DNA from: a virus
Lineage: Duplodnaviria > Heunggongvirae > Uroviricota > Caudoviricetes
Length of the DNA: 64,000 bases
Direction: 5' to 3' (one strand)
IMG/VR virus record: IMGVR_UViG_3300015615_000629
Coordinates: 128,001-192,000 of that record
Both the position numbers and the translations under genes were made by a program. How positions within the stretch are numbered: position 1 is the stretch's first letter; each line of letters begins with the position of its first letter. Shown piece after piece: positions 42,417 to 52,027 of this stretch. Under the pieces are notes generated by a model. The model was not told the origin of the DNA. It searched no databases and saw only the letters and a list, made by a program, of their open reading frames with translations.

Positions 42417-42811
42417 TAAGACAGTCGCTTTACTATTGAATCAACTCGAACCTCAAACCACGCTTTTAAGGCTTCAGGATCGCCCTTTAAATTAGATGGC
42501 AGGTGGAGAATCACAGGTATTTCCTCCCCACCATTTACCACTAAATCAAGGTGTTTGTCAACTAGTGTACGAACCAAATCAGAAATTGATTTTCCAGTTT
42601 TTTTAGATGCAGCCTTAAGATTGTCGTGAATTCCTGATTCGACATGGAACATTACGGGCACTTCTTCTCCGTCAGTTACCACCAAATCCAAATGTTCGAC
42701 TAGTGTACGAACTAAATCAGAAACCGATTTTCCAGTTTTTTTAGATGCTACCTTAAGGTTGTCGTGAAGTTCGTCACCTAAACTAACACTCATTATTTTA
42801 AGTTTTGCCAT
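42416..42811 (-). CDS. tandem ribbon-helix-helix DNA-binding protein
   Basis: Two copies of HDNLK.ASKKTGKS.SDLVRTLV..HLDLVV. Confidence 0.7.
   Translation of the reverse strand: MAKLKIMSVSLGDELHDNLKVASKKTGKSVSDLVRTLVEHLDLVVTDGEEVPVMFHVESGIHDNLKAASKKTGKSISDLVRTLVDKHLDLVVNGGEEIPVILHLPSNLKGDPEALKAWFEVRVDSIVKRLS
42536..42768. repeat. imperfect ~90-bp direct repeat inside the RHH gene
   Basis: ACTAGTGTACGAAC...GATTTTCCAGTTTTTTTAGATGC...TTGTCGTGAA occurs twice, about 138 bp apart. Confidence 0.85.
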
Positions 42812-42822
42812 ATATTTCCTTT

Positions 42823-43077
42823 TTAACCAAAATGATCTCTAAGTTTATCTCTCATTTCGCTTTTGCGACGAACTTCGGCTTCTTTTTGTTTCCGACGACG
42901 CTTTTGCGATTTACTTTCATATACTAATGATCGCTTATAGGCAGCAATAATTCCCAATTCTTTTACACGCTTGCGGAAAAGACCACGCATATCCTCGGCG
43001 GCTTTCTTTCTCTCCCCAAAGGATGCATTTGGGTCTGTAACCCTGTTTTCAACTCTTACTCTCGCTAATTTTCCCAT
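42823..43077 (-). CDS. rpsU: ribosomal protein bS21-like
   Basis: FRKRVKELGII..YKR...YESKSQKRRRKQKEA. Confidence 0.75.
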   Translation of the reverse strand: MGKLARVRVENRVTDPNASFGERKKAAEDMRGLFRKRVKELGIIAAYKRSLVYESKSQKRRRKQKEAEVRRKSEMRDKLRDHFG

Positions 43078-43079
43078 AT

Positions 43080-44204
43080 TTAACTCTTTTTTGGTATAAA
43101 TCTAATTCCCATCTTCTTAAGTTTCCTTTCTCGAACAACCGAATAAGGAACTACTTCCAAGGATTCAGAAGAATTAGGCAAATCATAATCTTGCGAAACC
43201 ATCGATTCAACTTTAGCGGACAACAAATCAATAAAGTTAGATTTCCATAGCCCACGTGCTGAATTCTCTAATAGAGTAGAATTTGAAAAAATATAATTTT
43301 TAGGCAACCCTAAACTACACAAATCGTCAATTTCATACTCTTTCTGCCCGTTGTATCTGCCCCTTTCATCAAAAACTATATAAGGAGCCCTGGCAATAAT
43401 TGCAAGACGAGATACCTGATTAAACATGTCAACCACACAGTTGCAGCCCCGCATTGTTGCCAAAACATGCGAAATATTATTTGTATTCAAATAAATGCAG
43501 GATTCGACAAATTCCTGGGATAAATCGTAACTTAAATAATTTTTATGCAATACGGGCGTTATACCGGACTTTAGAAGGCTACCCACTACCTCAATCCAGA
43601 ATTCCTTGCTGATTCTTACCGTATCAAGCTTCCCATATCTCCAAAAATAAGCAAAAATACTCGGATAGAGAAAAACTTTGGGCTTTGATGTGGAAAACTG
43701 CCTGCTAAATTCCGGCCCAAGTACCCCTAAAGTAGGGATTGCCGGAAGATAACGCTTCACATGCATAAATTTATCCCAAAATCCCTGTTGTAAGCCATTA
43801 TTGTAAAATTGCTCAAACTCCTTAACGTCTACCACATCTTCAAAAAACTGATTAATATTCCTTAAAAAAGCAACAGCATGAGCTGAGTCGTTGGAAAAAT
43901 TATCAGATTCTAGATAAAGATTCTTTAGGAGAGCACCATCCTTCGGAGACCAATATTCATCTACAAAAGGAAATAAGTCCTCGTATCCAGGCCAAGAGCA
44001 TAATATAAAATACTTCGAACCCTTAAACATCTCCCTGTATCGCTTCAAAAGAAGCATAGACATGATAGCGGAAGAACGTACATTTCCGAAAAAAGGAAAT
44101 ATACAAATATTCGACATACTCGTAGGAATGTCTGCGTTTTTAAACCTATTACGTGCAAAACCAGCCTTTTCAGCCGCTCTATTAACAATCGAAACAATAT
44201 CCAT
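43080..44204 (-). CDS. glycosyltransferase-like hypothetical protein
   Basis: Rossmann-like pattern (YEDLFPFVDEYW) loosely resembling the neighbouring gene. Confidence 0.4.
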   Translation of the reverse strand: MDIVSIVNRAAEKAGFARNRFKNADIPTSMSNICIFPFFGNVRSSAIMSMLLLKRYREMFKGSKYFILCSWPGYEDLFPFVDEYWSPKDGALLKNLYLESDNFSNDSAHAVAFLRNINQFFEDVVDVKEFEQFYNNGLQQGFWDKFMHVKRYLPAIPTLGVLGPEFSRQFSTSKPKVFLYPSIFAYFWRYGKLDTVRISKEFWIEVVGSLLKSGITPVLHKNYLSYDLSQEFVESCIYLNTNNISHVLATMRGCNCVVDMFNQVSRLAIIARAPYIVFDERGRYNGQKEYEIDDLCSLGLPKNYIFSNSTLLENSARGLWKSNFIDLLSAKVESMVSQDYDLPNSSESLEVVPYSVVRERKLKKMGIRFIPKKS

Positions 44205-45376
44205 TAATGTTCAGTCCCAATCCTAAATGAGTTCTTATTTCTCATTTTTTCAACCATTTCAGCATTCACTAACCCAATGATATCCTCGTAATTGTCATCT
44301 TCCATCTCATTTATCGCACGCTCTACCAGATTTAAAGCCGCTTCGTTGTCATTATAAACATTCTTGTAATGCGAAACTACCAACTTACTAGGCCCAAAAC
44401 TACATAAATTACGCCTAAATCCTTCCTGACCATTTCCCCATATCTGATCCGGACTCTCAAATAACAAATACGGAACCCCCATTATCGCCGCTAACCGTGT
44501 CGATGCTGTCCAAAATTGAACAGTAAACTTTAACTGACTAATTATTGCTAAGGTTAATTCAAGATCTTTAGACTCATTCATTCTGGAAAAATCTACGATA
44601 TGGTCTACCGGACAAGGCATAGTGCTTTGTTTTTCACCCAACCAAATTGGATTATAACCCATATTCTCAAGCAATTTAATTAAATTTACGTAAAACTCAG
44701 GTTGCAGATTCCTTCCATAGAGTTTCCTGCCACGAGCGAAGATTCCTACCGGATTGGTTTTTAACAAGGCATTTGCTTGGGAAATTTTAGCCTCGCTTGG
44801 GCGTGGAATTCCACGTGCAAAATTCTTCCAATGCGGGACATCGGAGAAGATAGAATGAACTAAATCTTCACTTTTACATTTAGGACAAAATTCTTCATAT
44901 TTGTTACTTCCCCAAAAGGATTTGCAGGATTTACAGGTGTTTCCAATGGCCACTTTACCTAAATTCTCCGCAGTAACTATTTTTCCTATTTCTAAAAGAC
45001 TTTTTTCTATTCTAGTAAGGTTTATTGACCTGTGGTGAAAGGCTTTAGCGTATTCACGAAGCCATTGATGTTCTTCCGGCAATTCCCAGAATTCGTCGGC
45101 TAAATGCTTATAAAGGTAACTTCTACCGTACCAGCCGACAACAATGTTATAGTAGCCTGGGAATTGTTGAAGAACTCTTGGAATGCAATAGAGACAACCC
45201 ACCATTTCGCAGCCAAATTCATTAAAAGCCGATATAAAAAGTATCTTTTTATAGTCTTTAGGACGGGGACGACCATTGAATTTATGGACACGAAAGTTAA
45301 TTTTGTCCAAAGTTTTCTCTTTGGCAATTGGTTTACAATCACCGAAGTTACGTAAAATATAGGGGAAATACCTCAT
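44204..45376 (-). CDS. GT9/heptosyltransferase-like glycosyltransferase
   Basis: RNLQPEFY..LI, PIWLGE, LELTLAIISQ, LAAIMGVP; start moved to the ATGA overlap at 45376. Confidence 0.55.
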   Translation of the reverse strand: MRYFPYILRNFGDCKPIAKEKTLDKINFRVHKFNGRPRPKDYKKILFISAFNEFGCEMVGCLYCIPRVLQQFPGYYNIVVGWYGRSYLYKHLADEFWELPEEHQWLREYAKAFHHRSINLTRIEKSLLEIGKIVTAENLGKVAIGNTCKSCKSFWGSNKYEEFCPKCKSEDLVHSIFSDVPHWKNFARGIPRPSEAKISQANALLKTNPVGIFARGRKLYGRNLQPEFYVNLIKLLENMGYNPIWLGEKQSTMPCPVDHIVDFSRMNESKDLELTLAIISQLKFTVQFWTASTRLAAIMGVPYLLFESPDQIWGNGQEGFRRNLCSFGPSKLVVSHYKNVYNDNEAALNLVERAINEMEDDNYEDIIGLVNAEMVEKMRNKNSFRIGTEH

Positions 45377-45549
45377 TGGCCTTTTATTCTCAACATTTTG
45401 GCAGGGCGTCCGCACTTGGGACACTTAAATTTGCGCGGACCCCCACACTTGGAGCAACCTTTAGGGATCTCAATAAAGTCGGTCAAATCAATAGACCGAC
45501 CTGGAGTTGTTTTAGCCCACCCGCAAGCGGAACAACGAATTATAAACAT
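45373..45549 (-). CDS. 58-aa zinc-binding protein (not in ORF track)
   Basis: MFIIRCSACGW...GCSKCGGPRKFKCPKCG; three CxxC; ATGA coupling to the next gene. Confidence 0.7.
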   Translation of the reverse strand: MFIIRCSACGWAKTTPGRSIDLTDFIEIPKGCSKCGGPRKFKCPKCGRPAKMLRIKGQ

Positions 45550-45555
45550 GCACTA

Positions 45556-46068
45556 TTAGAGTAGTGCCGGAGAAAAGATAATTTGACTGCTTTTTGGAAA
45601 TAACAAACGTTTTGGTACAGAAGGACAAGGCATGGTAAATCGCATTTCCAATCTTTGCTTCTCGAAAGCAGAATTCAAATAAGCAGCCGAGTCTCTGTTT
45701 TGAAGATAACTGCTACAAAGAGAAAAATAGGTCTGCCAGAAACAACCCGCCAAATAAACGAACGTATCCTCATCACACCTCCAATCGTCTTTTACCAATC
45801 CGGTACAAACATTAAAACCATGTCCGAAGATATTGGTAAGCCCAGAGGGATAGATTAACCCATCATCCCCATAGAGTCCGAAATAGAAATTCAAATCACG
45901 ATCAAACATGAAAAAATGCTCAGGAACATAAACTGACTTCGGGCCAGGGGTTAAGTGTTCATATTGATCGATCCAAGTGGACTTATGATGTTTGTATTTA
46001 AATAGCAATGTCCTCTTAGCAGGAGGACATACACCAATGTATCCCAAACTATTTCGGATTATTTCCAT
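45556..46068 (-). CDS. prokaryotic E2-like protein (paralog 6)
   Basis: PPAKRTL, VYVPEHFF, LTNIFGHGFNVCTG, CFWQTYF. Confidence 0.65.
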   Translation of the reverse strand: MEIIRNSLGYIGVCPPAKRTLLFKYKHHKSTWIDQYEHLTPGPKSVYVPEHFFMFDRDLNFYFGLYGDDGLIYPSGLTNIFGHGFNVCTGLVKDDWRCDEDTFVYLAGCFWQTYFSLCSSYLQNRDSAAYLNSAFEKQRLEMRFTMPCPSVPKRLLFPKSSQIIFSPALL

Positions 46069-46552
46069 TACAGAGCCTTTCGACTTCTTCGTATGTAATT
46101 TCGTCGTAATCACAAATAGGACTTCGGCAGTTATCGAAATATTTTACAATGGTTCCATCCTGCAAGCCCCACGAAAACTTAGTATAAGCCCCTGGTAGTG
46201 AGTCAATGGTAAACGCAGTAGTCCAAAATAAACTAGCAATACCATTAAATACATGTTCCGGCGTAGTTCGAGAAACGAAACGTTTTCCGAGACAGATAGT
46301 ACCGTTGAGTGACACATAATTCGGCAGAGCTGGAAGAAAATAAGAGTCGTTTTCTTTTGCTAAAGCAACCAAATAAGCATGAAAATCCGAGCCATGCCAA
46401 GATTCAGCATAAAACCCAGGAAAGAAATGCATCTCTGGGAATTGAAGGTAGTGCGTAGACGACCCATATTTAATCGATCTTTTCGATGCTTTTTGAACGA
46501 TATGAGCCATAAGAAAGTTCAAATCGCCCATAGTGGTTTTGTAAAATCTCAT
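46049..46552 (-). CDS. prokaryotic E2-like protein (paralog 7)
   Basis: ASKRSI, YLQFPEMHF, LPNYVSLNGTICLG, LFWTTAF. Confidence 0.7.
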   Translation of the reverse strand: MRFYKTTMGDLNFLMAHIVQKASKRSIKYGSSTHYLQFPEMHFFPGFYAESWHGSDFHAYLVALAKENDSYFLPALPNYVSLNGTICLGKRFVSRTTPEHVFNGIASLFWTTAFTIDSLPGAYTKFSWGLQDGTIVKYFDNCRSPICDYDEITYEEVERLCNGNNPK

Positions 46553-47652
46553 TTTCTCATCAATCGGAAAATTCGACTAATTTCTTTTTGATTAATGGCC
46601 TTTACCAGATTATCACGTACATTTTCTTCGTCATCCGGATCAAAAGCCAACCCTTCCAAATCTATCTTATAGGCACCCGCACCAAATTTACCGCCACCCG
46701 AGCCGAATTTACCAGCAATTTGCCGACACAAATCAGGCACAGATACAGACGGATTTGACGAACGTATTGACCCCTCGATTCTTTCCCCGTCAATAATAGC
46801 AAACGTAATCGCCGTCTTAACGTCTTCCCATTGAACCATTTCCGAAGCCATATCGGCTATAACATCCCGCTGCTTCCAAGGGATTATGCCCAATCCCACA
46901 ACAGCAACGCCATCATCAACCGTGGCTTGTTTTACCGCTTCTGCCTTCATGTCAACCCACAACTTAGGGCGTTGATAGTTGATAATATGCTTTAAAGCCG
47001 AAGAATCCCTAAATTCAAACAAATCCGACCAAGCTTTGAATTCATATTCAGTAGTGTCATCAGACATTAAATGGTCTGTATCTGTCACGATACCTACCAT
47101 TAAGGCTGTAGCCACCTTTGAATCGGAATCATTATCATCTTGAAACGTCAAACCGCTTTCTTCAATCAAGGAATACATGGTTCCGCAACAAGAACCAGCC
47201 TTTATATTGAAGAACAACCCCTTAAACCCACCATTTGGCACTTCACGATGATGGTCAAAAACTACATCAAAGCTTATATTGTGCAAACCAGTGCCCGCAT
47301 TCGCCGGAACCGTATCACACAACATAAACATCTGATAATTGTCCGGACAAAGACTTTCAATTGGGTCTAGGCGAACACCTAATAGATTTACCATTGAACG
47401 ATTCTGAGGATGGCTTATTTTGCCATCATAAAAGATATCTGACTCAATACCGTAAAGACGATAAAGAAGCCAAGATAGAGAAAGAAGGCTGCCAATGGCG
47501 TCTGGGTCGGGACAGCTGTGACTGAATAACGCTACACGTTTTTCTCTGTTTTCTGGATTTTCGAATAGGGAAAAGAATTTCGCAAACTTCTTTTCCAACT
47601 TTTTAGGAGCCTCTTCTAGAGATAAGCCGCTTTCCATTTTTTTCTCAATCAC
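46549..47652 (-). CDS. DHH/DHHA1 phosphoesterase
   Basis: HSCPDPDAIGS, FDHH, GIVTDT, GSIRS, GGG. Confidence 0.9.
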   Translation of the reverse strand: MIEKKMESGLSLEEAPKKLEKKFAKFFSLFENPENREKRVALFSHSCPDPDAIGSLLSLSWLLYRLYGIESDIFYDGKISHPQNRSMVNLLGVRLDPIESLCPDNYQMFMLCDTVPANAGTGLHNISFDVVFDHHREVPNGGFKGLFFNIKAGSCCGTMYSLIEESGLTFQDDNDSDSKVATALMVGIVTDTDHLMSDDTTEYEFKAWSDLFEFRDSSALKHIINYQRPKLWVDMKAEAVKQATVDDGVAVVGLGIIPWKQRDVIADMASEMVQWEDVKTAITFAIIDGERIEGSIRSSNPSVSVPDLCRQIAGKFGSGGGKFGAGAYKIDLEGLAFDPDDEENVRDNLVKAINQKEISRIFRLMRK

Positions 47653-47682
47653 CTACAACTTAGGATTGCCCCGCAAACCACT

Positions 47683-47710
47683 ATTATAGCACATCCACAG
47701 TTTTTGTAAA
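47683..47710 (-). promoter_or_regulatory. sigma70-type promoter
   Basis: TTTACA, 16-nt spacer ending TGTGC, TATAAT; upstream of the DHH/E2/E2/Zn-finger genes. Confidence 0.7.
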
Positions 47711-48136
47711 GCGTTGTAACTCCCTGTCTGTAAATAACTTACTTCCACACCAAATTATTGTCAGTCAACCACTCAGAAAGCCGTATTTCATCGGCTTGTT
47801 TGTCAACCACGATATCGACAACCCAAATGTCGCCTATCTTTTTTCTCAGGATGGCCCGTGGATTACGCGAAGAATGAATAAGACGAACGATCTTATCTTT
47901 GGCATCGGGGGTTACATTGACTGCGAGCCGCCCATGAATCTTTTCCCCATTTTCTAATTTTATTTCAAATTCATTGGCACTGAGCACACTAATAGATTGA
48001 ACAATTTCTACTCTGGCTGGAACGATTGGTTGTCCGTCTATGGCAGATACACCTAAAAATGTACGCTTAATAACCACTCCACCCGTAATTAAGAGAAGGA
48101 TGGAGAAAGTTACTATGAACCATAGATTCCGTTTCA

Positions 48137-48682
48137 CTACTCCCTTTCGCCAACTTTGCCATGCGGAAATTCTTGCCCTAACATTGTGCTAAATTCATCA
48201 ATCTTTTCCTTCAAATCATTTAATTGCTTTTCAAATTTAGCAACGTCGTCACCCTTGGTTTCAGCAGTAAGAAGTTTACCTTGCAATTCGTGAAGTTTGA
48301 TCTTCATTTCATTTAATTCGTTCAAATCCTCATCTGTATAGGTAGCACCTGTGCCCCTTGGCTCTAGGCTATCATCGTTACCAGTTGTGTTGGGATGAAC
48401 CGGATTAGGAGAACTAGCCATAACCTTGGCTACATCTTGAACGGCAGTTTCAACAAGAATACTAGTACCATCGTCCCCTTCCAGAACTAACTCTTTTACT
48501 TTATCCCAATATTTGGAATCAATATCTTTGGGGTCGATCTTCTCTTTACGTTCAGACAGACCTCCATAAAAACTATCTGTGGTGTTTTTAGCAAAAGGAA
48601 TTTCTTCCTTCTTCTTGGGAAACAAGTGTTGATTTTCTTCCCACTTCTTCTGCCAGTTTTCTAATTCGTCTCTGTGATCCAT
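48137..48682 (-). CDS. hypothetical late protein
   Basis: TATATA 7 nt before ATG; C-terminal coiled coil. Confidence 0.55.
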   Translation of the reverse strand: MDHRDELENWQKKWEENQHLFPKKKEEIPFAKNTTDSFYGGLSERKEKIDPKDIDSKYWDKVKELVLEGDDGTSILVETAVQDVAKVMASSPNPVHPNTTGNDDSLEPRGTGATYTDEDLNELNEMKIKLHELQGKLLTAETKGDDVAKFEKQLNDLKEKIDEFSTMLGQEFPHGKVGERE

Positions 48683-49107
48683 AATAACCTATATAGCTTT
48701 TTAAATATCTGTTTTTGAGGTAAATTGGTCAATGTTAAGAAGTGATATGCTGCTCCAATGGGGACTGTTTTCAGGAATATGTTCCTTTTTTGTATAAAAA
48801 TACATCTCTCCAGTATACCGATACACCTTCTCTAATACCTCTTCTCTAGTCATTCCATCAATTAAGTCTTGACATATCTCCCGAGGAATTCGCATAGAAT
48901 CACTATGAGAAGCATGAAACAACTTTCTCATTAATTGCACAGCAGAATAAGCCTTATCCGTATTCAAAAGCAAATCTACCAAATTTGCCTTTTCATTTGA
49001 ATTAACAAACTCCGCAGTAAAGGTGAAACAAGCCATTACTTGTCCCTTTTGCGGCTTGTGCTTCCTTACATCAAAGAAATATTCATTAAAGTTTTCGTCA
49101 GTTATAT

Positions 49108-51579
49108 TCATTGCATTAAAATTAATCGATAATCTTGATTCTTAGGTGGAATCTTATGGAATCTAGGATAAGTATCAAAAGTAAAGTTGTTAAATCCACC
49201 TTCTGGGCGTCTTACACGGATTTGCAGATTATTGCCATGTTTGTAATCTTCATTCCATTCACCAAATTCTTCCTTAAATCTCTCGAAATCACTACTCCAA
49301 ACCGTCACTCTTTCCCGCCTAAAATTCTCATCCTCAACGGTTAATTGATAACAATGTCCTTTTCCACTCTTAAATTCTCTTCTCTCTGGCTTTTCAATAA
49401 CCCTTACTTGAACCGGCATAACAGAGATGTCTTCTTCTGTGTCGAATTGACCGAAACCCATGCCAGGAGTATAGTTTAAACTTGTTTCTAATGGACTGTT
49501 CCAACTAAATCCATAGTATTTAACATCCGCATAGTGCTGTTCTAATGTATACATTTCATGTAATTCAGCAAGAATTTCTCCAGTTGGAGTGAAATCACTT
49601 AAAGAAATTAAATTTTCTATATTTTCCAGTTTTTCCTTTTGGTCGGCCAACGTTTTGTGCCATCGTCTTATTAAAGCAGATAATTTCTTATCATCTGTCT
49701 CTTCTAATATAGTAAATGTTTCTTCTGTCGCGTCCGGAATAAATTCCTTTAATTTTTCTACCATGTTTTCTCTGGACTTAGCAAACGATTTCAATCTAGT
49801 CTTTATTTTCTTCTTATGGTCGCTCCAATAGGCATAATATTCCCATAATACGACTCTAGGGGCTTCTTGGAATAGGTTTAAACCAATAATTGGCTTCATA
49901 ATAGTAGCACTTGGCTCAACTCTTTCTAGGAAGTCTTCGAAATTTTCGAAGGGTTGCTTGCTGGCGATATCGGCAGCGACTTCATATCCAATACCTTTAA
50001 TATTGGATATTCCCATATAGATTTTATCGTTTTTAATTGAGAACAAAGATTCTGAAATGTTTAGGTCAACAGGATTGATATCAATCCCCATTCGTCTGGC
50101 TTCAAGACGATATTCCCTAATCTTCTCTTCTTTACTTTCACACATAAGAATCGCTGTAAAGAACTCAAGCGGATAATGTGCTTTAAGATAAAGAAGCCTC
50201 GAAGAGGTAATAGTATAGCCGACAGAATGTGCTCTATTGAACCCATAACCACTGAAGGCATCGATTTGTTCCCATAAATTCTGAATTTCTTCGAGAGAAC
50301 AACCAAGCACCTTTTGCCCGTTCTCTATGAACATCTTCTGATAGGATTTAAATATCTTCTCTTTTTTCTTGGAAATGGCCTTTCTTACGATTTCACAATC
50401 TTTTAACGGAATCTTTCCAACTACGTGAAGAATACACATTATCTGTTCTTGAAATACCATCACTGAATAGGTTTTTCCAAGAATAGGCTTCAACACAGGA
50501 TGAATAACATATTCTTCTAACCCTTTCTTTCTTCTAGTATAAGCATCGTGCATCTTCATCTTCATAGGGCCGGGACGATAAAGAGCAGTATAAGCAACTA
50601 AATCTTCAAAATTATCGACACCACCTGCTTTAACCAGATTCCTAATTCCTTCGCTGTCAAATTGAAATACACATCTTAATTCCCCATTGTTAGCCATTTC
50701 CAAGGCTTTAGGATCATTCAAATAAGTCTCATCCGACCAGTCTTTTTGTCCAGGCAAAGCACAGATTTTTTCAAGCCCATGTCTTTCTTTAACTAACTTC
50801 GATGCATAGGCAATTTGTAGCAAATTGATAATGCTTAGAACGTCAAACTTAATCAGTCCTACAGGCTGCAAATCTGTGGCGTGCAACCCTTCTACCCATG
50901 CCGAAACACGATTTCCTTCACCATCAATGATGATTGGAACAAATTCATCCAAATCCACCGAAGAAATAATTAATCCACCGGCATGCTTTCCCTTCTGTTT
51001 ATTCCTATGCAATAGTCGTTTGGCTGCGTCTGTTACCTCGGGATTGTTTACACAATATTGTCTAAACTCGTCGCTCATCTTAAGAGCTTCGTCCCAGGTC
51101 AAGACGTTTCCATCGTCGTCTTTGATACCCATTTTGGTTGAGAATTCATAGATTTCAGACTTGGGTTTGCTGAAAACCTTAGCCATATCCAATAAAGAAT
51201 TCTTAATGCCAAAAGTGGCATAATTTCCAATTAAACAAACTCGGTTCTCACCGAATTGTTCCTTGGCCCATTGTTCCCTGATATACTTTTGAACGACGGG
51301 AAGATAATCTACGTCAATATCAGGGAAGTCGCCGTAAGTGTATTCCGGCTCTTTGCTTATATCGAAATCTTCTACAATTCCCAACAACCAGGGAACAAGA
51401 AGATTATTGACATTAGAAGGGTACTTCGTACCCTGTTGGTAGAGGTCTATAAAGTAATCGTACTCGTTCTGATCATCAATATCTTGAAGTTCAAGTTCTA
51501 ATCTTTTACTATATTCTTCACCTAAAGCCTTTATTTGCAAAGACTTACGGCAAAGTTCAACTAGTTTTTCCTTCATCAT
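49108..51579 (-). CDS. dnaE: DNA polymerase III alpha, C-terminal (catalytic) half
   Basis: FPDIDVD, HAGG, KFDVL, VFQF, ALYRPGPM, FQEQ, YGFNRAH, LKAHYP, HhH and OB regions; no PHP domain. Confidence 0.92.
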   Translation of the reverse strand: MMKEKLVELCRKSLQIKALGEEYSKRLELELQDIDDQNEYDYFIDLYQQGTKYPSNVNNLLVPWLLGIVEDFDISKEPEYTYGDFPDIDVDYLPVVQKYIREQWAKEQFGENRVCLIGNYATFGIKNSLLDMAKVFSKPKSEIYEFSTKMGIKDDDGNVLTWDEALKMSDEFRQYCVNNPEVTDAAKRLLHRNKQKGKHAGGLIISSVDLDEFVPIIIDGEGNRVSAWVEGLHATDLQPVGLIKFDVLSIINLLQIAYASKLVKERHGLEKICALPGQKDWSDETYLNDPKALEMANNGELRCVFQFDSEGIRNLVKAGGVDNFEDLVAYTALYRPGPMKMKMHDAYTRRKKGLEEYVIHPVLKPILGKTYSVMVFQEQIMCILHVVGKIPLKDCEIVRKAISKKKEKIFKSYQKMFIENGQKVLGCSLEEIQNLWEQIDAFSGYGFNRAHSVGYTITSSRLLYLKAHYPLEFFTAILMCESKEEKIREYRLEARRMGIDINPVDLNISESLFSIKNDKIYMGISNIKGIGYEVAADIASKQPFENFEDFLERVEPSATIMKPIIGLNLFQEAPRVVLWEYYAYWSDHKKKIKTRLKSFAKSRENMVEKLKEFIPDATEETFTILEETDDKKLSALIRRWHKTLADQKEKLENIENLISLSDFTPTGEILAELHEMYTLEQHYADVKYYGFSWNSPLETSLNYTPGMGFGQFDTEEDISVMPVQVRVIEKPERREFKSGKGHCYQLTVEDENFRRERVTVWSSDFERFKEEFGEWNEDYKHGNNLQIRVRRPEGGFNNFTFDTYPRFHKIPPKNQDYRLILMQ

Positions 51580-52027
51580 TAAATACGGTTTTTAAATATT
51601 CTATAACAAACTTTTCGATACCAGGACAGGTAGATTCTCGATTGCCTGCCACGTTAAGGACTTTAATATTGTGGTGTGCCAACCATTTTCTTACAACATT
51701 ATGGTCGATTGGCTTATTTACGTCTATATCGATATGGGGCTTGCCAATCTTTTCGATAGCTTTGAAGGTGCAGCGTTCTCCAGGGGAGTGAAAGTTGCTC
51801 GCAAATCTTATGGTTCCGTCTGAATCGTGGACATTAGCATATGTTCTTAAATTGTAATGTGAAGATTTATGTTCAACGGCTCCGTACAGAAGAGCGTATT
51901 CCGGATGGTTTCCTGTTTCATTAAGGAAACCTTTCGGCATAGTGCCTCCTGTCTCAAAGCCCAATTCTTTGGCGGCTTTGAGTCCACCTAAATCTGCTCC
52001 TGTCTGTAATCCCGACAAGAATTTCAA
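51557..52027 (-). CDS. SLOG-family ('putative molybdenum carrier') protein
   Basis: SGLQTGADLGGL, GGTMPKG, RT.ANV.DSDGT, LNVAGNRES. Confidence 0.85.
   Translation of the reverse strand: MKFLSGLQTGADLGGLKAAKELGFETGGTMPKGFLNETGNHPEYALLYGAVEHKSSHYNLRTYANVHDSDGTIRFASNFHSPGERCTFKAIEKIGKPHIDIDVNKPIDHNVVRKWLAHHNIKVLNVAGNRESTCPGIEKFVIEYLKTVFNDEGKTS

Noticed and set aside
45425-45535. GC-rich stretch with hairpin GTCGGTC/GACCGAC as an ncRNA
   Set aside because: Explained by the 58-aa CxxC ORF at 45373-45549
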